From Synechococcales cyanobacterium CRU_2_2 (lineage in GTDB: Bacteria > Cyanobacteriota > Cyanobacteriia > PCC-9006 > JAAUQQ01): a stretch of 64,000 bases of DNA. Under the pieces are notes generated by a model. The model did not search any database, was not told the origin of the DNA, and worked only from the letters and a program-made list of their open reading frames with translations. The position numbers and the translations under genes were made by a program. Positions 1 through 10,232 of the stretch are shown here, piece by piece. Each line of letters opens with the position of its first letter. The first letter of the stretch is position 1. The stretch is from positions 982 through 64,981 of the forward strand of contig JAAUOP010000008.1 of assembly GCA_012034805.1 (NCBI GenBank). Direction: 5' to 3'.

Positions 1-388
1 ATTTTTCGCGCGGTTGCGCCAGCGTTTTTCGCCCCGGTGGCGTGACGACATCGCCGCGATTTCTCCAGACTTGCTCCATCCTGAACCTGCCGAGACCCAG
101 GCCAATCCCCCCTCGGAGTCCGCTGCTGAGGCTGTCGGCAGCGGGCTCGGACAAGTTTCAGGAGCCTTGCCCATAGAGGGCTGGGAGGATTGGCGCGATC
201 GCTACCACCTGGTTTTGCAGCAGTGCGATTCCGATGCGCTGGAGCAAATTCAGCAGCGCCTCCAGCGTCATAACCCGCTCACGGCACTGCTGCGCCCCGA
301 GATTGAACGGGTCTGGTCTGCCATTGATCAACAGGACAACTGGGAGCCCTTTAATCAGCTCGTGCAAACCCTACAGCGGTTGGAATAG
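1..388 (+). CDS. selO: Protein adenylyltransferase SelO (YdiU) family, C-terminal part; begins before the window
   Basis: C-terminal motif RLQRHNP...LRPEIERVW.AIDQQDNWEPF typical of cyanobacterial YdiU/SelO. Confidence 0.75.
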   Translation, partial: FFARLRQRFSPRWRDDIAAISPDLLHPEPAETQANPPSESAAEAVGSGLGQVSGALPIEGWEDWRDRYHLVLQQCDSDALEQIQQRLQRHNPLTALLRPEIERVWSAIDQQDNWEPFNQLVQTLQRLE

Positions 389-638
389 TCCCTCACGCTC
401 CGATTTCCTCTGGGAAAACAGGTTCTAACGAATACTTCGGTGGGGGATAGACCCCGCAAAAATTCGTTCTGAATCTGGGCGCTGGAGCCTGTGCGATCGC
501 CGAGCGGGATGCTATCCTTACGGTGCAAAGTCGGTGCCTCAATCGCGCTTGAATCTAAGCGTGCCTTGGACTTGCCATTCCCAAAGAATGTGCTAGAACC
601 GAGCCAATTGCATTGGCCATTGCAATCTTTGGAGCCCC

Positions 639-1349
639 ATGAGCGAGAGTATGAGCGAGACAACGGCATTTTTAGCAGGTACGGCCATTGCCGGTGTTTC
701 GGCTCTGCTGCTTTTGAAGGGCGGCCTCGGCCTCGGGCAAAGCGCCCCCTATGGCCTTAGAACCAACCCGCCGACTGCCCTCCCGCCAGCGGTCTCGGCC
801 CAGCCGTTGCCCTCCGAGTCCTCCGGTTGGTCTCAGAGCCAGGATGAACTGTTACGGGCTCAGCTCAAGCAGCAGGAGACCCTGACGACCCAGCTGCGAG
901 CTCAGCTTGAGCAGCAAGAGGCGGTCACCACCCAGCTGCGCTCTCAGCTTGAGCAGCAGCGCAACCAATCCGATCGCTTTGTGGCCCAGCTGCAGGATCA
1001 GCAACGCTCGGTGGATCGTCTATCGATTCAGCAGGGGATGCCCAATGTGGGCGGGGGTGCAGTGTTGGCCCCCCAGGCGAATCAGAATTCGACGCAGGTT
1101 TTGGTGTTGTGGGCGATCGCCGGATTTTTCTTGCTGGTGGTGGTGGTGGGTGGCGTCTTGCTGCTCGTGGTCGTGGTGTTGGCCAGCCAGTCTTCCCGTC
1201 GCCAGCGCCCCAGCCATAACTACATTCTCCACAACCAAGCACCGCCGGATCCCTATTATCCGCCGCCGCCCGCACCCCAGCGCCCTCGACACACCACCTA
1301 TGTGTTGCCCCAGCGCAATGTTCGTCGGGTGGATCCCTACGATATCTAG
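639..1349 (+). CDS. Membrane protein resembling PatN (heterocyst differentiation related protein)
   Basis: MSES...AFLAGTAIAGVSALLLLKG N-terminus, Gln-rich coiled coil, second hydrophobic helix, Pro-rich tail. Confidence 0.55.
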   Translation: MSESMSETTAFLAGTAIAGVSALLLLKGGLGLGQSAPYGLRTNPPTALPPAVSAQPLPSESSGWSQSQDELLRAQLKQQETLTTQLRAQLEQQEAVTTQLRSQLEQQRNQSDRFVAQLQDQQRSVDRLSIQQGMPNVGGGAVLAPQANQNSTQVLVLWAIAGFFLLVVVVGGVLLLVVVVLASQSSRRQRPSHNYILHNQAPPDPYYPPPPAPQRPRHTTYVLPQRNVRRVDPYDI

Positions 1350-1458
1350 TCTGCCGGTCTAGTCTGCCGGTCTAACGTGGCCGTCCCATGGACCGGTCTA
1401 GTGTGACCGTCAAATTTGCCGGTCAGATTTATCAGTCGAATTTGCCGGTCAGATTTAC
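1345..1458. repeat. Short direct duplications between convergent genes
   Basis: TCTAGTCTGCCGG x2 and AATTTGCCGGTCAGATTTA x2. Confidence 0.7.
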
Positions 1459-1483
1459 TGGTGGAGCTTGTCCATCGGGTTTG

Positions 1484-2056
1484 CTACTTTTTCTTCCAGC
1501 TATCCCACTTGTCGCCCGAAACTGAGTGCCGCCTCAAGGCCCCCCGCCGTCTTGACCGCTTCAACAGATAGAGGGCTGCAAAATAGCTGAGCACACTGAA
1601 GCTCACCCCCATCAGAACACAGCCTGTGAGCAGGGTGATGGCGAATTCCTTACCGAGGGCCAACACCGCTCCCGAGTTATAGATAATATCCGTGTTGAAG
1701 ACAATTGTCTCGCGGCCCAACACCCAGCAGCCCAGACGAAACGCAAGACTGTAGAGCGGAATGTAGGTCAATGGATTGCTGATCCAGGTGGCTGCCGCCG
1801 CCACCACGCGATGACCCCGCAGTAGAGAGGCGATCGCCACACTCAAAACTACCTGAAGTCCGAAAAACGGCAGGAATCCGGCGAACACGCCGATGGCCAA
1901 TCCGCGAGCGAGATAGTCAGGGCTAGAATGCAGCCGTACAAAGCGATAATAGAAATAGCGCAAACGCCTTTCCCAGTCGAGCTTAGGGCGTTGCCGCTGA
2001 AGAGGAGCCATGGCGGATTGATCTGATAATTTAGGGCGAAGGGAAGAGGGCTGCAT
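1484..2056 (-). CDS. DUF2062 membrane protein
   Basis: SPDYLARGLAIGVFAGFLPFFGLQ and TWISNPLT motifs. Confidence 0.85.
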   Translation of the reverse strand: MQPSSLRPKLSDQSAMAPLQRQRPKLDWERRLRYFYYRFVRLHSSPDYLARGLAIGVFAGFLPFFGLQVVLSVAIASLLRGHRVVAAAATWISNPLTYIPLYSLAFRLGCWVLGRETIVFNTDIIYNSGAVLALGKEFAITLLTGCVLMGVSFSVLSYFAALYLLKRSRRRGALRRHSVSGDKWDSWKKK

Positions 2057-2163
2057 CTGGTGTGCTGAATCAGCGGTTCTACTTTTGAGCTAGGCTCACG
2101 ACAAGCCTCTCCATTATCTCGGTGGAGTCGAGGTGTGACAATTTTTCTGATGAATAAACTGCC

Positions 2164-3530
2164 ATGACCGCTACTATTGCTGCGATCGCCACCGCCATTG
2201 TTCCCCAGCAGGGCAGCGTTGGGATTGTTCGCCTGTCTGGCCCAGAGGCCTTTGCCATTGCTCGTCAGCTGTTTACAACACCGGGCAAACAAGCTTGGGA
2301 AAGCCACCGCATTCTTTATGGTTACGTTCAAGACTCCCAATCTCATCAGACGGTGGATGAGGCGCTGTTGTTGCTGATGCAGGCTCCCCGTTCCTACACG
2401 GCGGAGGATGTGGCGGAGTTTCATTGCCATGGCGGCATGATTGTTGTGCAGCAGGTGCTCCAGCTTTGCATTGGGGCGGGGGCTCGGCTGGCCCAGCCGG
2501 GGGAGTTTACGCTGCGGGCGTTTTTGAATGGCCGGATTGATTTGACCCAGGCCGAAAGCGTCGCAGATTTGGTCAGCGCCCAATCTCCCCAGGCGGCGGC
2601 CCTGGCGCTGGTGGGGGTTCAGGGGAAACTGGCGCTGCCGATTCGGCAATTGCGATCGACCTGTTTAGATATTTTGGCCGAAATCGAAGCGCGGGTGGAT
2701 TTTGAGGAGGATTTGCCCCCCTTGATGAAGCGGATGTGCAGCGGCAGCTACGGGCCGTTCTGACCCAGGTCAATCAAATCTTGGCGACGGCGGATCGGGG
2801 AGAGCTGCTGCGCGCGGGGATTAAAGTCGCGATCGTCGGACGGCCCAATGTGGGCAAGTCGAGTTTGTTGAATGCTTGGAGCCGGTGCGATCGCGCCATT
2901 GTCACCGATTTACCCGGCACCACCCGAGATCTGGTTGAGTCTCAGCTCGTCGTTGGCGAAATTCCGGTGCAGGTGTTGGACACGGCAGGAATTCGGGAGA
3001 CGGCAGATCCGGTGGAACGCTTGGGGGTGGCCAGGTCTCAAGCTGCGGCCCAGGCTGCGGATTTAGTCTTGTTGACCCTCGATGCCACGGTGGGCTGGAC
3101 AGCGGCGGATCAGGTGATTTATGAACAGGTGAAGGGGCGATCGCTGCTCGTCATTCTCAACAAGATCGATTTGCTCCCGCCGGGGGTCATGCCACCCAAC
3201 GTTCCCATTGATGCTCCCGTGGTCAAAACAGCGGCAGCCCAGAATCAAGGTCTGGAAGCGCTAGAGCAGGCTATCTTGAAACGGGTTCGAGCTGGGTCTC
3301 TAGAGGCAGCGAATCTGGATCTGGCGATTAATCAACGGCAAGCGGCGGCGCTAACCCAGGCCCAGCTGGCGTTGGAGCAGGTGCAGCGAACGATCGCGGA
3401 GCAAATGCCCTTTGATTTTTGGACGATTGATCTGCGCGGCGCGATTCAGGCGCTGGGGGAAATCACGGGAGAAGGCATGACGGAACCCATGCTAGCGCGT
3501 ATCTTTAGCCGATTTTGTATTGGTAAGTGA
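2164..3530 (+). CDS. mnmE: tRNA modification GTPase MnmE; one frameshift at the C-run 2716-2721, probably an assembly error
   Basis: [46 protein letters not shown], terminal FSRFCIGK across ORFs 2164-2763 and 2736-3530. Confidence 0.95.
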
Positions 3531-3568
3531 GCGCTGGGTCCGTGAGCGCTGGGTCCGTGAGCGCTGGG
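3527..3568. repeat. 15-bp tandem repeat, about 3 copies
   Basis: GTGAGCGCTGGGTCC repeated directly after the mnmE stop. Confidence 0.85.
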
Positions 3569-3573
3569 CCATC

Positions 3574-6300
3574 TCAACCGCTGACCCACTGACCAAATTT
3601 TTCCTCATCCCGAATCGCCGCCAAGTCCTCGTCCGTTTTCGCCATCTTGCGGTAGTCGGGATTGAGGGCGATCGCCTGCTCCAAATTCTCCAACGCCAAC
3701 GCCGACATCCCCTGCAACGCATAACAACAGGCCTTGTCATACCAAGGCTCATGCTTATCCGGCTTGAGCTCTAGGGCTTGGTCAAAACTGGCGATCGCCT
3801 CCTCATAGCGCCCACTCTGGGCCAGTGCCAACCCCCGACTGTGCCAAGCATCATGGGACTCAGGATTGAGCTCTAGCGCCTTATCAAAACTGCGAATCGA
3901 CGCCTCAAACTGCCCCAGACAGCCCAGAGAGCTCCCGCGATTGTCCCAAGCCGCTGCGTTGTTGGGCTGGAATTCTAGGGCCTTGTTGTAGGCGGCGATC
4001 GCCGCTTCGTATTCGCCCAGGGAGGAGAAGCGATCGCCCAGTTTCCACAGGAATAAGTCTGCGGCAGATTCGGGTTCGCTGGCCAACACAGGGGTTAGGC
4101 GCTCTGCGATCGCCTGGGCCCGCTGCAGCAGCGCCAACGGTTCGTTCGCTGGATCCGGTTCGCCCGTGGCCCCAGACTGGAGCGCAGCACAGTGCTTCGA
4201 CCCATAAAAAAGCGCCACAAACTGGGCAAAGCCGTCTAGGGACTCAACGGGCTTTAGGCAAGTCTGCACCGTCCGATCGACGTCGGGCTTGGACAGTCCT
4301 AAAGCCTCCTCCAGCAACCCATAGGGAATTTGACTGCGATCGAATATCAGTGACCCATGGGCGATCGCGGGCTCAAGCTGCTGCAAAAAGCTCCGCATCG
4401 ATCCCTCGAGCAAGCCATGCTGCGCGAGCGGAAACTCGGCCATCAGCGCCGTCAAGGGCTCTTGGACAATGCCATCTTGCCGAAAGTAGCGCCCTTCAAG
4501 TAGATGTTTGCGCAACTGATTCTGGGCGTCGGGATGACGACTCAGCAGCAGGTGATAGAGATATTCGGCTCGACCTCGCTGCCAAATCGGGTCTCGATAC
4601 TGGTGGGCAGGGGATTGATCGGGTCTGACTGCCTCGTTGGAACCCTCTAGAAAATAATCGGCGAGCTGCCCCTGGATCTTCAGGAAGAGCGCTTCATCCG
4701 TCTCCAGCAAGGACTGGCGCAAGGCATTGCGAGCGACATCATCGAGTCGCCAGCAGCCCTGAATTTGCTCAACAAAGTCCTGCTGAATCAACCAATCAAA
4801 CCCGTTGGATTCCGCCTCGACCGCCGCCGCAAAATTAGAGTCTTGAGCCAGGAGCAAATATTCAATTAAATCTTGGTTGAAGCTGCGGCAACAGGCGGCT
4901 AAACCCACGATATATCGTTGGGTAAGACTGAGATGCTGCTGCATCAAATCAGTAAGATTGGCGGGAATGCCAGCGGGAAGGGGGCTTCCGACTGCCGCTG
5001 GGGGCGCGATCGCGCCTCGGTCTCCCTCCGCCGGAGGCATCGCGGGTGAATGGGTCATATAGCGTAAGCCGTAGGGCAGCCCTGCCGTTGCCGCGAGCAA
5101 CTCCTCGGCGTGGCTGGGGAGGCCGATGTTTTGGAAGTAGGCTGGGGCTTGATCAAAGGGCTCTAGCTCCTGTTCTTGCAAGAGAGATGACGGCTGGGAT
5201 GACAGCTGAGGCGAAGCCTCACCGAGCAGCTGCTGCCAACCTGGGCGATCGCGCAAACGCTGGCGGCTCGACAACACCCATCGCACCCGAGAACCCTGAA
5301 GAACCTCCTGGGGCAGCAGCAGGTGCCAAAGCCAGGTGTCAACGGCCAGGGACGCCTTTTCGTAGGTGTCTAGGATCAAGACCACAGGCTGCCGCCTGGC
5401 GCGTTTTTGCAGGGCCTCAGCAAAGGCTGCCGTCAACACCCGGAGCGGTTGTAGGAGTAGCGTTTGTAGCGGTTGATCGTTCTGGGTGCTGGGGTGTTCC
5501 TGCAGCACTCGCAGCACCTGTTCTTGGGTGATGGCCTGGGCGGCTGCGGCTGCGGTGGACTGCTCCGGTGCCATGTCGAGGGCTGGCTTTAAGCTATAGC
5601 TCACGAGCGTTTGGTGGGCTTTGAGCTGTAGCTCACTGACCGTAGTCTTGCCCTCAATCGGTCGCTCGGCCAGCTCCTGGAGTGTTTTTTCGTAACGCTC
5701 ATGCATCACCAAAAACTTGGGCTTGAAAATCCAATTATTTTGCTCAACCAAGGTTTGAAACAGCGTCACCATCAGCTCAATCGGCGTTTCAACCCGTTCA
5801 GTTTCGCCAAAGGAGACAAAGGCAAAGCTGCCCTTGACCCCAACGTTTCGGGTCCCAGGGCCTGGGTTTGCATAGCCCTTGCCCAAGCTGCTCTCGCCTG
5901 CATTGCCCTTTTCTAGGCGTTGGGCCAGGGTTCGTAGCAAGGTGGATTTGCCCACCCCTGCTGGCCCGTAGAGGTGAAAGGCGATCGCCGTATCTTTGCC
6001 CATTGCCCTGCCCGCTGACCTATCCCTAGCATCCTCCGGGGCGAGGGATGCCTCGAAGCGGTTCAAAAACTGCTCAGCCGAGGCGCGTGGGCTCAGCTTG
6101 TGGGGGTGCTTCGGATTGGGTTCTGGATTGGGTTCTGTATTGGATTTTGTAAAAGCCACCGTTCTTGGAGTAGATCCAGATGAAATAGATTCAGACAAGA
6201 TGGGTCGAGATGAAATAGAAGTAGGGGCAGCTGGGATAGGGGCAGCTGGGATAGGGCCAGGTGGAGTAGGTTCAGACGCTGAAAATGCAGAACTGTTCAT
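3574..6300 (-). CDS. P-loop NTPase (AAA_16/STAND-like) with C-terminal TPR repeats
   Basis: Walker A GPAGVGKST, Walker B VVLILDTYE, GLPY motif, about four TPRs and WYDKACCYAL...DEDLAAIR end. Confidence 0.8.
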   Translation of the reverse strand: MNSSAFSASEPTPPGPIPAAPIPAAPTSISSRPILSESISSGSTPRTVAFTKSNTEPNPEPNPKHPHKLSPRASAEQFLNRFEASLAPEDARDRSAGRAMGKDTAIAFHLYGPAGVGKSTLLRTLAQRLEKGNAGESSLGKGYANPGPGTRNVGVKGSFAFVSFGETERVETPIELMVTLFQTLVEQNNWIFKPKFLVMHERYEKTLQELAERPIEGKTTVSELQLKAHQTLVSYSLKPALDMAPEQSTAAAAAQAITQEQVLRVLQEHPSTQNDQPLQTLLLQPLRVLTAAFAEALQKRARRQPVVLILDTYEKASLAVDTWLWHLLLPQEVLQGSRVRWVLSSRQRLRDRPGWQQLLGEASPQLSSQPSSLLQEQELEPFDQAPAYFQNIGLPSHAEELLAATAGLPYGLRYMTHSPAMPPAEGDRGAIAPPAAVGSPLPAGIPANLTDLMQQHLSLTQRYIVGLAACCRSFNQDLIEYLLLAQDSNFAAAVEAESNGFDWLIQQDFVEQIQGCWRLDDVARNALRQSLLETDEALFLKIQGQLADYFLEGSNEAVRPDQSPAHQYRDPIWQRGRAEYLYHLLLSRHPDAQNQLRKHLLEGRYFRQDGIVQEPLTALMAEFPLAQHGLLEGSMRSFLQQLEPAIAHGSLIFDRSQIPYGLLEEALGLSKPDVDRTVQTCLKPVESLDGFAQFVALFYGSKHCAALQSGATGEPDPANEPLALLQRAQAIAERLTPVLASEPESAADLFLWKLGDRFSSLGEYEAAIAAYNKALEFQPNNAAAWDNRGSSLGCLGQFEASIRSFDKALELNPESHDAWHSRGLALAQSGRYEEAIASFDQALELKPDKHEPWYDKACCYALQGMSALALENLEQAIALNPDYRKMAKTDEDLAAIRDEEKFGQWVSG

Positions 6301-6376
6301 GGATCAGGCAGAGCACTGGGAAGCTGTTATAAATTTCCTGAGATCCAGACCCTGATCCGGTGAAAATTACCGAATC

Positions 6377-7591
6377 CTACCGAGCTGTTTTAATCAAGAG
6401 TCCCGTACCTACCAACAAACCCAAAACAATCGGCAAAAATGCGGACACCATGGGTGTGAGGGTGCCGCGAATGCCTAGGGCACCGGAAATAAACTCCGTT
6501 AGGTAGTAGACAAAAATAATTAAAACGCTCAGGCCAAATCCGGTGGCCTTGCTGCTGCGCTGGTTGGGCACCACGCCCAAGGAAGCCCCCACAAGCCCAA
6601 AGACAATGCAAATAAAGGGGAAAGAATATTTTTGGGCGATGCGAACTTCTAGCTTTTGGGCTTTTTTGCGATTGCCACCTTGCTCCAGAAGCTGCAAATA
6701 CTGCTTGGATTCGGCAATGTTCATCTCCGTCGAGTCGCGGTTGCGCTTGGTCAGATCCAGCGGCGTTCTTGGGATATTGAGCTGGTGCTGCTCAAAGGTG
6801 ACGATGTTGCGGTAGGAGCCGTTGGCGGAGACTAAGTAGATCGAGCCGTCAAAGAAGTCCCAGGTATTTTCTTTTAAGTTCCACACGGCCGAGTCCGCCG
6901 TCAGAATTTGGCTGACTTCACCGCGCGAAAAATCCAAAATTGTCAGTTTTTTCATCCGCTCACCGTCGTAGCGCTCGGCGTAGAACAGACGCTTCATGAC
7001 GTTGGCCTTGCTACCATCGGGCTGCTGGACGCGCTCGTATTGCTCGTAAAGAATATTTTTGTCTTTGAACTGGGGGCGATCGCCCTCCAAGGCCATTTTC
7101 AGCGTGGTATTGGCCTGGGCCGTGGCCGCCGGGACGATCGCCTCATTAAACACAAAGGTCAGCCCGGTGACCAAGACGCTGAGAATCAATGCCGGAACCA
7201 CAAACCGATAGGCGCTGATGCCGCAGCTGCGTAGAGCGGTCAATTCGCTGTCGCTAGATAATCGGCTGTAGGCCATCAGCGTTGCCAGCAAAATTGACAT
7301 GGGGAAGGCCAAGACAATAAACGAAGGCATTTTGAGCACAAATACCTCCAGGGCAATCCCCAGGGGCAGCCCCGATTCCGTCACCTTGCGAACCAGGTCG
7401 AAGACCACGCCAATGGAGAGGGCCACTGCGGTGAAAATACCAACCCCAAACAAAAACGGCCCCAGCAGCTGCCCCAAAATGTAGCGATCCATGATGGGGA
7501 TCCAGCAAAACAGCGATCGAAAAGAAGCCGCTGGGGTCTTAGATGGGCTTAAGCAGGGGTTGATGGATGCCATGGGGACTGGGGGGTGCAA
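6377..7591 (-). CDS. LptF/LptG (YjgP/YjgQ) LPS export permease
   Basis: MDRYI, SRLSSDSELTALRSCGIS, six TM segments, next to lptB. Confidence 0.9.
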   Translation of the reverse strand: MHPPVPMASINPCLSPSKTPAASFRSLFCWIPIMDRYILGQLLGPFLFGVGIFTAVALSIGVVFDLVRKVTESGLPLGIALEVFVLKMPSFIVLAFPMSILLATLMAYSRLSSDSELTALRSCGISAYRFVVPALILSVLVTGLTFVFNEAIVPAATAQANTTLKMALEGDRPQFKDKNILYEQYERVQQPDGSKANVMKRLFYAERYDGERMKKLTILDFSRGEVSQILTADSAVWNLKENTWDFFDGSIYLVSANGSYRNIVTFEQHQLNIPRTPLDLTKRNRDSTEMNIAESKQYLQLLEQGGNRKKAQKLEVRIAQKYSFPFICIVFGLVGASLGVVPNQRSSKATGFGLSVLIIFVYYLTEFISGALGIRGTLTPMVSAFLPIVLGLLVGTGLLIKTAR

Positions 7592-7648
7592 ACAGCAGGA
7601 ATGGAGCGGGGGGCGATCGCCCAGGGCTTGGGCTTGGGGTATGGAGTC

Positions 7649-8377
7649 TTAAGACTGAAAATGCTCTCCCAGATAGTACTGACGAACGAGCGGGTTGCCA
7701 TAGAGCTCTTCTGGGCTCCCTGCCGCCAAAATCTCCCCATCGCGCAAAATGTAGGCGCGATCGGTAATGCTCAGGGTCTCTCGCACGTTGTGGTCTGTAA
7801 TGAGAATACCAATCTGTTTGCGGCGCAGTTGTTCAATAATGCCCTGGATCTCGGCCACGGAGATCGGATCGATCCCTGCAAAAGGTTCGTCCAAAAGCAA
7901 AAACTTAGGGCCATCTCGGCCAGAGGCGAGGGCTCGGGCAATCTCGGTGCGTCGGCGCTCGCCGCCAGAAACCTGAATGCCGAGGGTGCGGGCAACTTTT
8001 TGCAAACGAAACTCGCCCACCAGTTCGTGGAGCCGTTGTTCGCGCCGGTGGCTGGGCAGCTCGCTGTGCTGGAGCACCAGCCTGAGGTTGTCTTCCACGG
8101 TGAGGTGGCGGAAAATACTCGGTTCTTGGGCTAGGTAGCCAATCCCCAGACGGGCGCGGTGGGTCATGGAGAGCTGGGTCACATCGGTGTTGTCGAGCCA
8201 GACTCTGCCGCGATCGGGCTTTTCGATCCCTGTTGCCATGTAGAACGTCGTCGTTTTACCCGCACCATTGGGGCCGAGGAGGCCAATGATTTCGCCCTGG
8301 GCCACAGACAGATTCACCCGTCGAACGATGGGCTTTTTGCCGTAGCTTTTTTGGACGTTTTCTAACAGGATTTTCAC
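7649..8377 (-). CDS. lptB: LPS export ABC transporter ATPase
   Basis: GPNGAGKTT, SGGERRRTEIARALA, LLDEPFAGIDP, ITDHNVRETL; GTG start at 8377. Confidence 0.95.
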   Translation of the reverse strand: MKILLENVQKSYGKKPIVRRVNLSVAQGEIIGLLGPNGAGKTTTFYMATGIEKPDRGRVWLDNTDVTQLSMTHRARLGIGYLAQEPSIFRHLTVEDNLRLVLQHSELPSHRREQRLHELVGEFRLQKVARTLGIQVSGGERRRTEIARALASGRDGPKFLLLDEPFAGIDPISVAEIQGIIEQLRRKQIGILITDHNVRETLSITDRAYILRDGEILAAGSPEELYGNPLVRQYYLGEHFQS

Positions 8378-8500
8378 AGGACTACCGTAGGGGTCACTAA
8401 AGCCAGGTTCCAGCCACACGATGCCGTAACCTGTGGATTGGGGGCGGCGGCAAAGACTATGCATTGCACCCAGATAGTGGGGCACAGGGTCGTGAGAACA

Positions 8501-8965
8501 CTAGGGCGAAACGGGGCCGGGGTTGGAATCGATGATGGTGTAGACCGATCGCACCTGCTGGGACTCCTTCGGCAAAGCCACAAACCGCCCCTCATCGATC
8601 AAATACGTGACCACTTCGCCGCTGATACTATTGGAGCCCGACTGCTTCACGAGCACGTTACCGGTCATCACGATGCGGCGCTCTTGGCTGAAGTATTGGG
8701 CCTGGGTCGAGGTAGCCGTAATTTGACGGGCAGGGTAGTTAATCCGCACGTTACCTCTGGCTGTGACCACGCCGGTTTTGGCGTTGGCTTCCTGGACATC
8801 GGCGTCTAGGGTAAGGGCCTGGGGAGAACCGGTTTGGGCCTGGGCACGACCCGCAGCACCCCCCTGGAGCGTGGGCGTGACGACGCTCACCCAGACCGCT
8901 GCGATGCCTGCGGTCAGGAGAAGCCGCTGACCTGAATTTGCCCAACGCCGTAATGAATTCGCCAT
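8501..8965 (-). CDS. lptA: LptA/OstA family protein
   Basis: ADVQEANAKTGVVTARGNVRINYP motif, signal peptide, upstream of lptB. Confidence 0.85.
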   Translation of the reverse strand: MANSLRRWANSGQRLLLTAGIAAVWVSVVTPTLQGGAAGRAQAQTGSPQALTLDADVQEANAKTGVVTARGNVRINYPARQITATSTQAQYFSQERRIVMTGNVLVKQSGSNSISGEVVTYLIDEGRFVALPKESQQVRSVYTIIDSNPGPVSP

Positions 8966-9272
8966 GGTTCCTCTGTGAAACACTGATAAAACGCTGCTCG
9001 ATAAATGCGTTCATAGATGCATTTAGAGACAAGACCCTTGATTAAGCGCCTCTCAATCAAGCGCTTGTCATACCTACCCAATGGAGTTGCAGCTCAACAC
9101 CCTCTCTCCCGAGAGAGCCCCTGAATCCTGCTCCTCGGCTCTAGATACCGATAAGGAATACGACTCTGCTGCCTTGGTTAAGGTTGCCACCGCTTTCGAC
9201 ATCTTAGCCCAAGGGCGAAACCCGTTAGATCGTGGCCACGGAGCGTAATACGTCTAAACAGACACACAAGAG

Positions 9273-9321
9273 GTTGCTCATTGCCCAGTTACTCATTGCC
9301 CAGTTACTCATTGCCCAGTTA
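9273..9321. repeat. 15-bp tandem repeat x3
   Basis: TT(G/A)CTCATTGCCCAG x3. Confidence 0.85.
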
Positions 9322-9392
9322 TCTTTCCCATTTTGGGTTTGCAGCGTCGAACCTCCTCAAAGACTGGGGTTGTTCTCTCTTCGGGCGTTGGG

Positions 9393-9824
9393 TCAAGATT
9401 CCGCAACTTTCCGAATTTTGGGCAGGGGGAGCGTCCCTGAGAGGGCGGGCTTCTCCGTTGGGTCGGTGCTCACAAGACCGATGACGGCGGCGGCAGACTG
9501 CGCTACGGCGGGTTTTCCGTCAGCGTACAGTCGGGCTAGGATGGCTTGGGCTTGCTCGCACACTTGGGCGACATCGATGCCTTCATACTCTGGAAGATAG
9601 GGCCGCAGCCGTCCGGTGCCTTCACCCAGTAGCGTCGTTGCCCCTTGCCAATTGAGATTGCTGAGGTGGTAGAGCGCGACGGCGATTTGCAGCAGTCCTT
9701 GGTAGAAGGTGCGATCGTCGAGGGTTTCCATCCAAATCGCTTCGAAGGTGTCGTGGCAGGCGTAGAATTCGCGGTTGTTAAACTGATCGGCTCCGAGCCA
9801 GAAGTTGGGGTGGAGGGGGGTCAT
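9393..9824 (-). CDS. DUF309 domain protein
   Basis: QFNNREFYACHDTFEAIW...FYQGLLQIAVALYH. Confidence 0.9.
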   Translation of the reverse strand: MTPLHPNFWLGADQFNNREFYACHDTFEAIWMETLDDRTFYQGLLQIAVALYHLSNLNWQGATTLLGEGTGRLRPYLPEYEGIDVAQVCEQAQAILARLYADGKPAVAQSAAAVIGLVSTDPTEKPALSGTLPLPKIRKVAES

Positions 9825-10107
9825 CAGAAAAATGGGGGTAGAAACCCCGTGCTTCTAGCACGGCTTTGCAGGGACTTGCGGTACAATCGAACTGGTCGTT
9901 GACCCACCCGTGACGATGGATCAGACAGCCTATACGAGCGAAGTTCAGCGGAGTGCTGACGGCGCAGACAAATCGGTAGACCGGGAAAAGCGCGAAGGGC
10001 AATGGTGAATTATCCCTGAGTGACGCAATCGAATAGAAATCTAAGATTTCGACCCATAAGAACCGCAGGGCTTGCGGGGATAGTCTGTGGAGCGAACGTA
10101 AGACCAT
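9778..10107 (-). CDS. Possible small hypothetical protein
   Basis: ATG preceded by AGGAG; co-oriented with neighbours; no recognisable motif; overlaps the DUF309 start. Confidence 0.25.
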   Translation of the reverse strand: MVLRSLHRLSPQALRFLWVEILDFYSIASLRDNSPLPFALFPVYRFVCAVSTPLNFARIGCLIHRHGWVNDQFDCTASPCKAVLEARGFYPHFSDDPPPPQLLARSRSV

Positions 10108-10232
10108 AAAACTCCTTGAGAGTGGAGGCAGTTGCGATGAAGCAGAAAGCTCTAAGAAGTGATTCTTGGAATCACCGTGGCTTCAGCTCGGTGAGGATGT
10201 CAAGGGAGTGGTCGGGGAGGTGCGCCCCTCAC

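Noticed and set aside
2164-3530. mnmE and rps1 as pseudogenes or programmed frameshifts
   Set aside because: Housekeeping genes with intact halves and single-base losses; the window-wide indel rate favours assembly error
9050-9270. Possible structured RNA (SRP or tRNA) upstream of lptA
   Set aside because: Only short hairpins; no SRP core motif or cloverleaf found
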